DNA from: Blasia pusilla
Taxonomy: Eukaryota
Direction: 5' to 3'
Length of the DNA: 64,000 bases
Assembly (NCBI GenBank): GCA_050084515.1
Contig: CM114271.1
Coordinates: 18,166,001-18,230,000 of the forward strand
The translations under genes and the position numbers were made by a program. Below are positions 46,222 through 59,210 of the stretch, piece by piece; position 1 is the stretch's first letter, and every line of letters begins with the position of its first letter. Below the pieces are notes generated by a model, which saw only the letters and a program-made list of their open reading frames with translations, made no database searches and was not told the origin of the DNA.

Positions 46222-49200
46222 TTAGCCGGTGTTCCTCATGCCTGCCGCTATTCCATTGATAGTGATGAGCAATGCATCTCTCAGTTTCGGATTGTTCTCG
46301 TCCTGCCTCAGTCTCCGGAGGATCTCTACCTGAAGCATATTGATGGGGTTTAGGTATGCCAATCTACTCTCTATAAGCCTCCGCAGTGTCTTGTTGTTCT
46401 CAGAAAGCTTGTGATGGCCACTGACTTCCAGTACGAATTTCTCTGTTAAGTAATAGGCTTCCCGAAGCTCCATCCCAAGCTGTTTGCGTTCAGGCGACAC
46501 GAGCACTTCGTCGTAGTGCTTCGCGATGGGTATATCCGCTTTTGCGAGGACCATCTCAATTAGGTCGACTGTCGATTGGAAGAAAGGCCATTCTCGATAC
46601 ATAGCTTGCAGATCATCACGGCCACCCTTTGCAATGACGGATTCCAGCCCAGCCCCGACTCCAAGCCATGCCGGTAGAGTCAAACGTGTTTGTGTCCAGG
46701 CGAAGATCCAAGGTATCGCCCGTAGTTGTTGAACACCGCCAGTCTTCTTCCGTCGAGTTGGTCGACTTCCGATGTTGAGGTTCCCCAGCTCTGCTTCAGG
46801 AGTAGCTTCATGGAAGTACTGCAGAAACTGTTCGTTGTTGAATACTATACTGCGGTAGTGTTGGCAACTAACCTCTGATATGTGCTCCATGACATTCCTC
46901 CAGTTGGGTGAACGAGGAGGATCTGGAGGGTGCAAGGTCGCAAGAAGAACGGCAGTAGTGTAGATCTCCAGTTGTCGGACAGACGTCTGGGCAAGACCGA
47001 ACTTCGCCTGCACCATTTCTCCTTGTTCCGTGACGCGAAGTGACCCCTACATTTTCAAGCGCATAAAACCAACCCAGTCAGATGTGTAACACTACAGAAA
47101 TTTCCACCTATCCGAACCCTGCTAGGAGGATTCAACGCTTTCAAGTCCGAAAATGTATATGTAAGAAAGACTGACGATATTCCCGGCAAGTAGAATTTGT
47201 AGATTCTCACGAATTGAAATGTGTAGGCGTCACTAAGAGCACACAGTGAGAGCATTCTGGCAGTTGCGGAGCATTGCATCAGATTCGACGACAGGTTCTT
47301 GTTATCGATAAAAAAAAATGTGAAGCATTTGACTAACTCCAAGCACCTCGTGAAATAAAATTGGATTTCACTTACTTGGAGATGAAAGTATTGGAAATCA
47401 ATACTTTCATCTCGACATAGGAGAAGTTCAATTTCTCACCATGACAGACCCGGGTGGTTGTGACTGAATAGCGAGGTACATAGGTCCACCTCCACGACCC
47501 ACACTTCCTCCACGACCATGGAACAAGGTTACTTTGATACCGCACTCCTCGCACGCTTTCACCACATCTTCCTGTGCTTTGTACAGCTCCCAAGCTGCGG
47601 TGAATCGTCCTGCATCTTTGCCGGAATCAGAGTATCCTAGCATGACCTGTGAACATCAAGCCTTTCAGAAAGTGATTTGCACTCGCCATAGACCGTGAGC
47701 GAATCAGAAGCGATATAGTGCAAAAACAAATCAAATCATTGCATTTTTAGACAACTTGGAAACACAACTACTCTTAAGGTGTCACATTTGGGCTAACGCA
47801 CACACTGAAATTTGATAATAGTATCCTATCGCGCTACCTCTTGATGCCCGCCGTGATTTTCAATAAGATGCTCCCTGTACCATTCAATCCCAAGGAGTTT
47901 ACGGATTACAGTTCCTGCATCCCGTAGATCTTTGACAGTCTCGAAGAGAGGAACCACGCGTAACCTGCAACACACGTGAAAGGTTGATTCTAAAGGCTTA
48001 GGACATTATGAAGCTACTTGTCACGGAACATGACTCTACTGGATTAATCTGGCGAGGAGTTCGTCACTTTCCACTAGAAGCCGTGAGCACAAGAGATCCG
48101 CCAGGTCATAGTGATCTAATTGTACGTACCTTCTACCTGTGCGGTCGTGAACACAGTTCGAATTTCTAACAATTCTGGTGAGTGAGTTTCAAGCCCATTG
48201 TATACCACGAGACTGGTGAAACATCGTGACATGCTTTTAAGAACGCATCACATTATGCCGGCACTTCGCAGGGACAATGATGGAGAAACGGATTGCATGC
48301 ATGTCCGTGGCCTCATACGAGGCTCAGAAAGATCCTTACGTTGAGCCTGGGCAGGGCCTCCCTAGTTCTCCAGCTACAATCAAACGTGCTTCCTTCAGCA
48401 GTAGCTCCACAGCGAGGACATCACTAGCCTGCAGAAACATCGAAAAATATAAATCTTATCGAACTTGAATCCAGAAATACTTCCAGTCATCACAGGGGAT
48501 CTTCCACAATGTTTGCCCATGAGATAGTTATTTAAACATGGGATCGTATGGCTCGCGCTGAAGTGATACAGGGTGTCAGGGTGTCAGGGCTAAATTCCTT
48601 GGCTTCAAGGAAATGGAATCTCATCACGAAGAGACTCTACCTCTGATGCCATTGAGATGATGTATGCCTCCAGTGAATGTGATCCAAGCTCAGCTGCTAC
48701 ACGGAAAGTGTTCAAAACTTCCCTGACCTCCGGTGATACCTGCACAACCAGTGTCCAACCAGCAATGGGAATGTCAGCATCCTTGTCATCTATCGTAGGG
48801 GATGCGCAGATAAACTAACAAAATAGAATTACATGAGAACCGTACTGTATAGCTGCAGAGTCAATTCTCGGGTCTTGACCGAAAGGGTCAAGCAAAAAGG
48901 GTCTCAATCAACTTTTTCTTCAAGAATTACTAAGGAAGAAGCAGGGATGACGTAGTTACACGCCAACCGAGTGGCGATTCTCTACATGAAAATTTTATGT
49001 CAATCAAAAAATCTGCTGATTAGACAAGCATACTACTGTGAAGTTAATGACCCGGACTGCAGCAAGGTCTCAGAAGGGTTCAAAGGAGATACATAGAAAG
49101 GATGGATCATGTGTGGTACAGACCTCAATTGACGGAGGAACCAGGGGTCTTTTCCCCTTCAGCTCTGTTTCGAGGAACCTCAACTTTCTCTCCTCGTCCC

Positions 49201-52200
49201 ACTCACTGTATGTGCCCATCTCAAGAAACTCTGTAATTGCATCCAGAGTTTCCGTGTGTTTGTCGGATTCCTGGAAACACATCAAGAATAGCGTACACTA
49301 TTTACACAGAGAACTCATCAACCCACAGAAGTAAGACAGAGCAATAAGTTAACCAATTTTCTGGACTTGTCTACATCGAAAGTAATCATACCTGCCGCAA
49401 ATCGAGTTTCATTAAAGTCATTCCGAATGTAGAAACTCGCCTTATCAAATCTGCAAGGCGACCATCTGCTAGAATTTCTGAGCCAGTGATTTCCTGCAAC
49501 CATCTCTCACATCTTAAATATTGAACTCGATACTCAAGAGAAAACCCATGAACGTAAAATTTAGGGCAAGCAACCTCTCATATGCTCGACTAGATCAAAA
49601 CTCCTTGATCGGTCCAACTAAAAGCCCTTCCATAGTATTCTGGAGACAGTAGTCCTCATTCCATTTTGGAAAAGTATGTTGTAGTCGTTGATCCTTACAT
49701 TGACACCAAAATTCACTACACGACTACTCTGATATGGAGAATGATGGAAACCTTCACCATGAAACTTGCAAATCTGAAAGGCCCCGAGATTTTCCTCAAA
49801 AGACTACTAAAAATGAATTTTTTCAATGACAGTCTTTCCGGCAGAAAATAATAGGTGTAAGGATATCAAGCATCAAACCATGGATTCGTGACACAAAAGC
49901 AGGGGTTCAAGAAGTTCCTCTGTTGTTTCATAATAGTCGTCTGGATCAAGATCACAAGGCAGGCCTTCTAACAACATCTCCATTCGCCTCCGGGTATTTA
50001 TTAGCTGCCCCCAGAGAAGACCAACTTTGTCAGTATTTCTTTATTACAAAGCATTGCCACCAGATAATTAGTATCACTAAGCAATCGATTTACTACTTCT
50101 GGCAGAAGTAGCTACACTTCAGATCTCTCATTCCTTAACTCAATAATTTATCTCTAGTCATAAGACTTTCTCATCAACGATCCCACCAACCCTCATTTGA
50201 AGTAGGAACACACTTCGTAACTCAAAGCTTACTGACATACACTCAAACAGAACGCCAGCCAACCTTCTCTCTGACGTGACCAAGAACAATACGGTAAGGT
50301 GCTATGTCTGGGCGGCCACTAGAGCTTGGATGCAAGAGCCTGTCAACGCTCGACTTATTTAGGTTAGACTCCGATCCAGATTTCTTTTTGAAAGAGCCAG
50401 AATGGTTCAGTCCTCTTGGTGTGGTCGTTGAAACTGGTGAAAGCGGGGCCGAAACATTTAGAGGCTGAAGTCCCATTAGCCCCTCAACTTTTGGGACACT
50501 TGGAGGTGCTTTGGCCACGACATCGAAGTTCAAAGCGTCTGCTGAAGATACATTCTGCATTGATGCCAAAATAACCCAAATACAAAACACTGACATGAGT
50601 TTCCCAAGAAATTACATGAGATTCATTACTACCCTTCCGAAAATTCGGTTAAGACATATCCAGCAAACAAGAGGTAGAAAGGAGATTGAGAAAGATTCAC
50701 CAGAAATGCCGAGCATCCGCATGTATTGAGATTAGTGAAACTGTAAGCCACACAGTTAAAACCAAAGTCCCCCCGACACAAAGATATGTTACCCGATAGT
50801 CGACATCAGTCACCGGAAGTTCCAATAGTGGCATGTCCAGGTCTGCCTCCCCATCATTAGCATTACCTGGTTGATGACAGCATGAAAACATGTTTACCAC
50901 CATCGTTCACTTCAACCTAAGTGGACACAAGGAGGGAGGACAAGCAGATAGTGGACGAAGCGTCTTGAACGGAGAAAGAAAAGAAAATAGTACAGTTTCG
51001 AACGTCTGATTTTCATCCAACTCCGTATATCTGCATAAACGTAGGAACTGGTCATAGGACACACGAGTTTAATCTATTTCAACGCCAGAAGCACGCAACA
51101 CCGAAGGAAGTTTGCTTCGGTCAATACCCGTGAACCCAGGCACATCTGCTCCAAATGGCAGGTGATATGGCAAAGGTTGACCAGGAATCTCAATGTGATC
51201 TGAATGCTTTTTCTGTCGCTGATCAAACCAACTGACGTGGTGATGCTCCTCATGCAACTGTTGCTCTGCATTTCCAATGCCAGATTTCCAAAAGTGGATC
51301 AAAACCTAGAACGCGGTGTGGATGGTGTGGAGCAGAAATGATCATAATCTGAATGCCAAATAATCCTGTAGGCCCAGCATTCCTTCTACTTTGCATCAAA
51401 ATTGTTATGGAACTGACCGCGAGTCAGTACGTCGTATGCAAGGCGGGCGAGCTCATCACTGCATGTGCTCATGGACAATTCAAAACGGAGTCCATCAACT
51501 TCTCGAAGATACAAGTCTGCGGCGATCCATCTTGCAAGGTAGGAAACATCCCGTGTTACCTGCCAAAATTACATCATTGAAAGACGTCTAATCAGATTCT
51601 TCATCAGCTACTTACGGCTCAGATTGCATACAAATGTACAATACATGCATTTTCTTTTCTCCAACAATCACTGCACATAAACCCTATTTCTAAGTTTGAG
51701 TTGTGAAATCGGTTCCAGACATTTGGCTCCAATAGAAAGTTTTCTTTCAAAATCGAACCGTTACAGGCATTGCATAGAGAATTGAGGCTCTAACATTGTC
51801 ATCATACATTTCAGCAGAATCTACTTGTACCGGGGGTGGGGGACACCCAAGCTGAAACATATGATTATCAAAAATTACCTTGGCAGTTACATTTGGATTT
51901 CCGTCCCTGTCACCACCCATCCAAGAGCCAAACTTGATTGGTGTGGTTGTCAAAGGTAATGCTCTCCCCGTATGCTACAGAGGAAACAATTGACATGTCA
52001 TTTTCACACTAACATCGTCACTTAAACTGATTATGAAAACGCACAAAACGAGGTCAAGCCCTTTCCCGAATCTGCAAAACCAAATACTTTGTGATTGAAA
52101 TAGTCGACATCGGAAATTGTAGAACTGAAGTTCAAGTGAGATGCCTGTCGCCTTATCCCTCAAGGGTTTGAGCGTAGAACCAATTGAGGAAACCTGAACT

Positions 52201-54780
52201 AACATCGAGGACCTTTGCATGTTCAGACAAATTGCATTTAAAGTACCTTCTTTAGAGCGTTGCTCACGCGGCGTAGATAGTGGGGAACAGCTTTCCAAAG
52301 TGATTGTTCGACGATATGCAGACCTGAAGAACATCACAGAATTAAACTGACTTCGCGAAAAGCGCCCACACGATAAAAAAAAAGGCGGTACGGGTATGAT
52401 CTTAACGATACAAGTATGAGGCAGGAGTAACCAAACTTCAATAACCCCAACTTCTGATCACAAACTCAGGTTGACATTTACCTCCACGAGCTTCATCTAC
52501 AGGAGTTGGTTTTCGGCGCCTCAGTTCGTCTGTTTGCCACAGAGAGGTTATTTCCCTGACCTGTAAGGAAGGCACACGGTTGAAAGTAGGTCCCACACTT
52601 CGTGCGAGGGATGGGATCGAAATAACAAGTAAAGAATCAGACGGATGAGCGACGGCTCACATGTCAAATGTAAACAAGCAATTCAATAGCATGCTATCAA
52701 TTACCAGATCCTCAATCAAGAGATCCTTGTCTTCATGAGTGAGATCCGTGCGATCGTTCCTCTCCAGAAGATGCTGCACACGGAAGAAACGAAGTCCGAG
52801 CACATCAGGTTCATTCGGTCGAATCACGCATTTTGCATCGACCAGCGTTCAGTTCAGGGCTAATGTCCTCATAATTAGCAGTGTCAATTCTTCAGATTAC
52901 TCCATTGTTGGATGAGATGGCCCGCAGGCTGCGAACTCACACAACTAAAGAGTTCACGCAAGTGCGGCTGTTAAAGAGGTCCTACAAGACTATAACGTGA
53001 ATAATTGTATTGTCGCAAGCAGGCCGAACTCAAGACGCAATCAAGCGTTGCCAACATTGTTCGCATTATGACGGCTCCTAGTGCCAATTACTTGTAAACA
53101 GATGTGACACGTGAAGAAGGCTTTCAATTCCAATTATATCAACGAGAAAGCTTGCCAAGCTTCTGAAAATCTTGACGACAATGTACCGACCAACTTTCCC
53201 CAGCATGGACAGCCATTCCCAAGTTTCTTGATCCTCTAAACGTGGCAGATAAATTTTGAAGCCAACGTTTTTTCCATTTGCGGCATGCACGGAAACTATC
53301 AAATCCGCCGCGACACTTGGACTCTAGATAGTCCTAGCATAGTCAATTGACTCACCGCGATTCTCAAGAATTTATACTGAATCGTACGCCTGTTGATTTG
53401 CGTGGGGTGGGCTGTTAAAACAATTCCGATATCCTGAAATCAAACACATTTAATAAGAACATGCCCTCAAGAAAATTCGGGAAAAAACTAAGTCATGTAA
53501 GACGAGTCACGCGTAAGAATACGACCGTCCGATATCTTCAGAAAGATCTCATGGAATAGTGAACGTAACTCGCCTGCTCACAGACAGCTTTGTAGAGTTC
53601 ATCCTGAGATACACCACTTTGAATGAGCCTGTGGAAAACATCATCACAGGACTTCGACATGTGGCCAGGCAACTTCGTCCTTCGTACGCTGCAACCACCA
53701 CAATATTTAGTGAGTTGGAATCGTGTCCTTTTCAAGTCGAGGAGTAGGATGACGACCGAAATACATGTAACAACGATTACAAACCACAGGTCTTTCCAGA
53801 GTATTACCGATGGTGAGTTTCCGCAATTCCCATCAAGTTTAAGTAGTGACTAAATGTTCTAGCCAAAGGTACCGCTTCCTCCAACTCCATTCCTGATACC
53901 TCTCTCTGAAGTTGCTTCTGGAGATAATCCGCTGCATCAGTTACTCCAGCTAGACGCATGTGGCACTCACTCTGCAATCCAGAACGCACGTGGGTCAGAC
54001 ACGTGCGTCGTGCGTCGAGATGGGCAAAAATATGTGAGGAATGACACTGAAATGTGTTTGCGTCGAATCTGCGATCAACATGAGATCGGACAGTCGGCTA
54101 TAACAAACTCTCCAACTAGTGTTCAGTTCCTGCAAATGTAGCAATAATCTATGGTTCACGAACCATCAAATTCAAAGCAAGCGGTGAGACTCGTAACTCG
54201 ACGAGTAATTTAGCCTTCCACTTGCAACGCTCTGCACTGGCTGTCATACACCACATATCTCAAACAATTCGAGAGTGGTTCGAAACCGTGCAAGACCCGC
54301 GCGGAGTTCGGATGAAGTTATCTTGGAATGTCTGCTAACAACATCTTGCGATGTTTGACATTTGGAAGTCCATGAAGCCCAAAGAACAATTCATGCATGG
54401 ATAACGCAGAGTAACCAAATGTCGGCAAATGGACAAGAGCTGTGCGCTCCTTCGCGTAGGGCATTAGCTCTCTCCGTTCCCGAACGTTTACTGGATGGTG
54501 ACAAATACCAAACGAACTTCTCGAACACAGCAACAATACAATCGTTACGTTTCGATAGTGGAGTTCAACCCGAACTTCAACTAGGATGGCTTCTGCCAAT
54601 ATGTCAAGCAGGGAGAGTAATTACCTGCGCCAGAAGTCGCACGCGGTCGACCTTTTCAGTGAAATCGGGTCCAACCTCGCGCAAGAGACAATCGTTGAGC
54701 AAATTCCCCAGCAGATGACAGTCGTCATCGTAGGCCTGGAAGGAGATCTCCTCCGCAATATCATCGGTAGTATCAGTCAT
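46222..54780 (-). CDS. PPC4: Bacterial-type phosphoenolpyruvate carboxylase (BTPC/PPC4-like), about 20 exons
   Basis: Starts [24 protein letters not shown] at 54780, with no plant-type SIDAQ phosphosite. Contains VLTAHPTQ (53433-53356), [35 protein letters not shown], a disordered insert (about 51270-50260), [26 protein letters not shown] and [12 protein letters not shown]. Ends GMRNTG* at 46222. Confidence 0.96.
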
Positions 54781-56404
54781 GATAGCTTAATCACGACGAA
54801 CCGAGTGCACTTGCCAGGCGAAAAGTTCACTCCCCTACGCTATCGATCGAATTCCCTCCTCCCTTCACATTCTGCTCTCTCCGCTCCTACATACTCCACC
54901 CGATCCTTGGCGAGCTAAGCTGACACTAACGGTGCTGAAAGACTTGACGAGTAGTCGGCGATCTATCGCAAATCTCTCTCCTCATAGCCGAGAAGCAAGC
55001 GAAGCGATCCTTGTATACCTTGCGTGATCCCGCTACCTAGAGAGAGCTCGCGCTCAACTATTGGTCTACTCTTCCTCCCTCTCGCGCGCGCGGGCTCTCT
55101 CTCCATGTGCGCTCTTTGTATCTAGTCCATCCCTCAGCGGCTTCCAATGCTTTAAGGGTTCTACTACGAACGAACGAACCACAGTAGGTTTTCTCCTCAC
55201 GGGCCGGATCCGTCATCCCTGCGCGGGCCTTGCGAATCCCAGCCTGATGCAACGAAGAGCGCGGTCGTGAAACATGGTGGGGTCTACAAGAGACTGGCCA
55301 ACCTCTTGACCTCCTGCCACGTGCTACATCCGTTCTTCTTCCGTCGTCCCCAGGGATGAGGAACCAGCCGAAATCGAAGGACTCTGTCCGCCCTGCGTCT
55401 TCCGCTGAGTCCCCCGACCGACAAAGAAGCCCCGCCTCTTCGCTCTGCGATCTGTCAGAACGCCGTACTCTCTTTCCGTCCAACTATCCACAGTACTGTG
55501 ATTATGTGATACCAACACCTATCCTAGTCTCTTATCTCCTACCTAGTTACAGTGTCCTTTATCAACTGTTATCTGTCCGTGTTATGTGCTGGAACTCGCA
55601 CTCCGTCGATGGGGAATCATCCACCCGATTCCAAAACGTAATTGTTTGTCAGGAGTGGATGGATTATTACGGAAAAATCATCTTAGGAAAAGAACCAGTG
55701 AGCGCCACTTGGAGAGGGGGGAAATTATTATTTTTTATTATCATTGAATTAAAGCTCCAAATGAACGCCCGTGTGAAGTTTTTCATCTTGATTTGCGTTT
55801 AATTCTGTTGAGTAAGATTTAAATGCAAAAGAAGTTTTAACAATTAGATTAATTTCTTTTTTTAATTTTAAAAACTAACCTTATGACAAAGTGATGAATT
55901 CCTCCAGGTATTTGCTTAAGTGGCCCCGTGCGCTACTTATGTTGCTTAAGTGGCCCCCCTACCAAATCTCTTGCTTGAGTGGGGCTCTTACCTACAACAC
56001 CTTGTTCATGGGAGATGAGCTATCGGGAAGTCCGGTAATTGTTCTAGCACCATTTCCATAGTAGTAGACCTTTGCACTTAACCGCAGAAGTTCACAAATT
56101 TCAGCCAATGGGGAGAGGAGGGACCATTTTAGCCGCAGGTTTAGGGTGGAAGTCCTGGGTTTAGGGTGGAAGTTTGGGGTTAGCCGCAGGTTTTAGCCAC
56201 ATGTCCAATGTGTCATGGCATTGCAGTAAGCTCATGAAGTTTCAGCCAATGGGGAGAGGAAGGAGCATTTTAGCCGCAGGTTTGAGCCGCAGGTTTTAGG
56301 GTTTGGGGTGGAAGTGCATAAATTCCAGCACTTGACATACATTATACAACATGGATGTGATCACCGTTTCACCATAAAACAAAAAGGAACTTTACAAAGA
56401 TTTA

Positions 56405-58304
56405 TTACATGCTTGGACCTATAGAATCCAACCGCTGCAAGTCAACAATAGCCACTAGAGCCCTGGAGAAACAGAATGCCTCATCCAAGCCGTCTGATGA
56501 CACACCTAGCCTACTCAAGAGATCACGAATAAACTTTGAATTCCTTGCTGCCGAATCTTGCAAGGTTGTCACTCTACGCAAGGCTTCTTCCCACCCACCT
56601 TTTTTGACATAGCCGGTCACTCCTAACTTTGTAATGAGATCTCCTTTGTCAGCGAGAAGAGCTGCATGCCTTAGCTCCATAACTTCAACACACTTGTCTA
56701 CTCTAGCTGTGGTTTGTTCAGTGAGATGAATTTTGTCCTCCCAACACTCCAAATGCACCACATCTTCCGCGGGCATCCCCAAATGGTTAATCCATAATTG
56801 TATGATTCTCTCATCAATTAGAAACCCTCCTTGTGGCGCACCCGGGTCTTCCTCTGGTACTTCTTCCGTTGGTTCCTACATCCAAAGACAAACCGAATCT
56901 GTACATCAGATAACCTACAATAGAAAATAGTCGTCATGTGTGATTAGCCCCACTTTGTGCTTAGCACAAAGCCTTTGATTGTGATTAGCCGCCAACTGTG
57001 AATAGGCGTCGGGTGTGCATAGCCGCCCACTGTGAATAGGCGCCGGCTATGTTTACCCGCCGGTTGTGATCACTAAGGCTATGTGGATAGGGTTTAGGGA
57101 CAATCCAACAAGTATAGAGTAAACCTTCAAGTATATCTTGACTCCTCCACTAAGAAGGCAAAACATCCATAAGAACTTACTACAATTTGTGAACAACAAT
57201 TGGAGAATAGAGGCCATGTTAAAGGAGATGGGCAATTGAAGATTGGTATAATACCCTTATGTCCAAACCTTCGGCTCCCACAACATTATGGAGTACACCA
57301 TCTTCACTTGATGGTTTGGGTTGTGGAGCACCACGTGTTGGTACCATTGCTAGGGCTTTGGACCGCATGTGATTCAACCACCATGTGGAATCCTCAATTT
57401 GCACATAGTTTTTCACATGGTACACGCTCTCAGTCTGGCATAAGCGGTTAACCATATGCACCTCAGGGATACTATCTGTTTGCAATTGTTGATCCACTGT
57501 GAACATATGGTCAGTTTGACTCATTTTGTTCACAAGAAACTTGTCCATGGTTTGAGAGCCTCGGGTAATCACCATAGGCTCCACTAAAAGATGGGCCTTG
57601 GTCGTTGTTGTAGGGTGAGCACATGGTGTGCCGCTTGCCATGTTCCCATGAGGGCCCCCTGTAGTGTTCTTCATAGGTGTCTCTGCCGTGCCTTTCCTTG
57701 TTGTGCCTAGAGACTCCCTACGGTGTTGTGAAGGCCCAAACTGAGAAACATTGGGAACTTCCCAACCTCCTACCTTTTGAGTGTTCCATTCACGCAAGTT
57801 CCCAAATTCTTGCCAATCCAAGCCATCGATACCATCCTGCCATTGCTCATTCCCTTTTCTTTCTCCATTCTTCACTCCATGTACAGGTGAAGGTGAATCA
57901 TGCCTGTTGGTGTCAGTGTCATTCGGATTGGAGTGAGGGCTAGCCGCATCCTTCTTGTCATGCTCCTTTGCTGCACTATCCTCCAAATGAATGACATGAT
58001 ATTCTAACTCCTCCGCTGCCTTGTCCTCAGGAGTATTCAATTCCTCTGTGATGCCTTTGATCACCTCATCTATCACCTACTGAGTATCAATGACACCCAC
58101 CTCACAAACGGGTTCATCTTGCTCCTCCTCGACATGGGGTTCCTTTAGTCCTTCACTTTCCCCTGAGACCATAGGAAGGCCTAAAGTATGCTCCTCCACA
58201 ATGACATTGCTCTCATGTGTAGGCTCTGCTACTGCAATACCCAACCTTGAAATTTCCATTTTTGCACGGCGAGGTCGACTAGCCATAGTAGTATTCTGTA
58301 GCAC
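56405..58304 (-). CDS. Uncharacterised MULE-internal ORF(s), acidic/low-complexity with a helical C-terminal segment; possibly a spliced, disrupted second gene
   Basis: ORFs 58077-58304 and 57219-58076 are in frame and separated by one TAG; ORF 56405-56782 is on the same strand. No recognisable domain. Confidence 0.35.
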
Positions 58305-59210
58305 CCAAAAAATAAATTTATAAGACTACGAACTTCACAATTGACATCCTCAGAGCAAAAGGAAAGGATATCAAGTCTTTAGACACCAACTTTGGAGTCT
58401 ATGGAAGGAGGGACTTTATTGGAATCTTCTTTTCGAGGAAACGATTATACATGTCTAGATGAAAGAATGCCAAGCTGTGATGAAATCTTACTATACTTAC
58501 ACTTGGATTAGAATTTGTAGTAATTGGCATAGTTGCAAAATCTTCTTCTTGCTTAACTTTTGCTGGAGGTGTAGATGTCCATTATTCACTCCATGTACAG
58601 GTGAAGGTGAATCATGCATGTTGGTGTCAGTGTCATTCGGATTGGAGTGAGGGCTAGCCGCATCCTTCTTGTCATGCTCCTTTCTGGCAGCCTTGTCCAA
58701 AGGCTGTGAATAGCCGCCGCCGGCTGCTATTAGTCTACTTGCGCTTTGGCTGAGAATAGTTTTTTCCCTTTGCCATTAGTTGCCTTGATCTTTGGCAAAG
58801 AATAGACGCGAGTTCATGTTCATCTTTGTTATTAATTTATATGGCTGTGAGTAGCAGTCGGTGCATGTTAGTGCGAGAACTTTATAACCTCTCTGTGAAT
58901 AGCCGCCATTGGAAAGTTAATGCTTGCAAGTGCCCTCGGCTGTGAATAGCCACCGTTCATGCATGTAGCCAAGAAACTAAAACAAAATGAATACAAATGG
59001 TAAGAACCCTCACTTTCTTCTTTACTTGGGTTTTTGGCCGAGACTTCAGATTCTTCATCTTCGATTGTGGAAGCTCCTTCCCGACTCCATGTGAGGAACT
59101 CTTCTTTCTCAGTATCTTCTTTTGAGCAATGAAATCATCGCTATCATTTGAAGTTGGTGCCTTCCTGTAGTAGTGTCTTTGGTAAGTAGCTTCAGTTTTA
59201 TGAACAATCG

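Noticed and set aside
48869-48887. Hairpin cttgacc-gaaag-ggtcaag in a PEPC intron as a structured RNA or terminator
   Set aside because: A single 7-bp stem is expected by chance and there is no other supporting structure.
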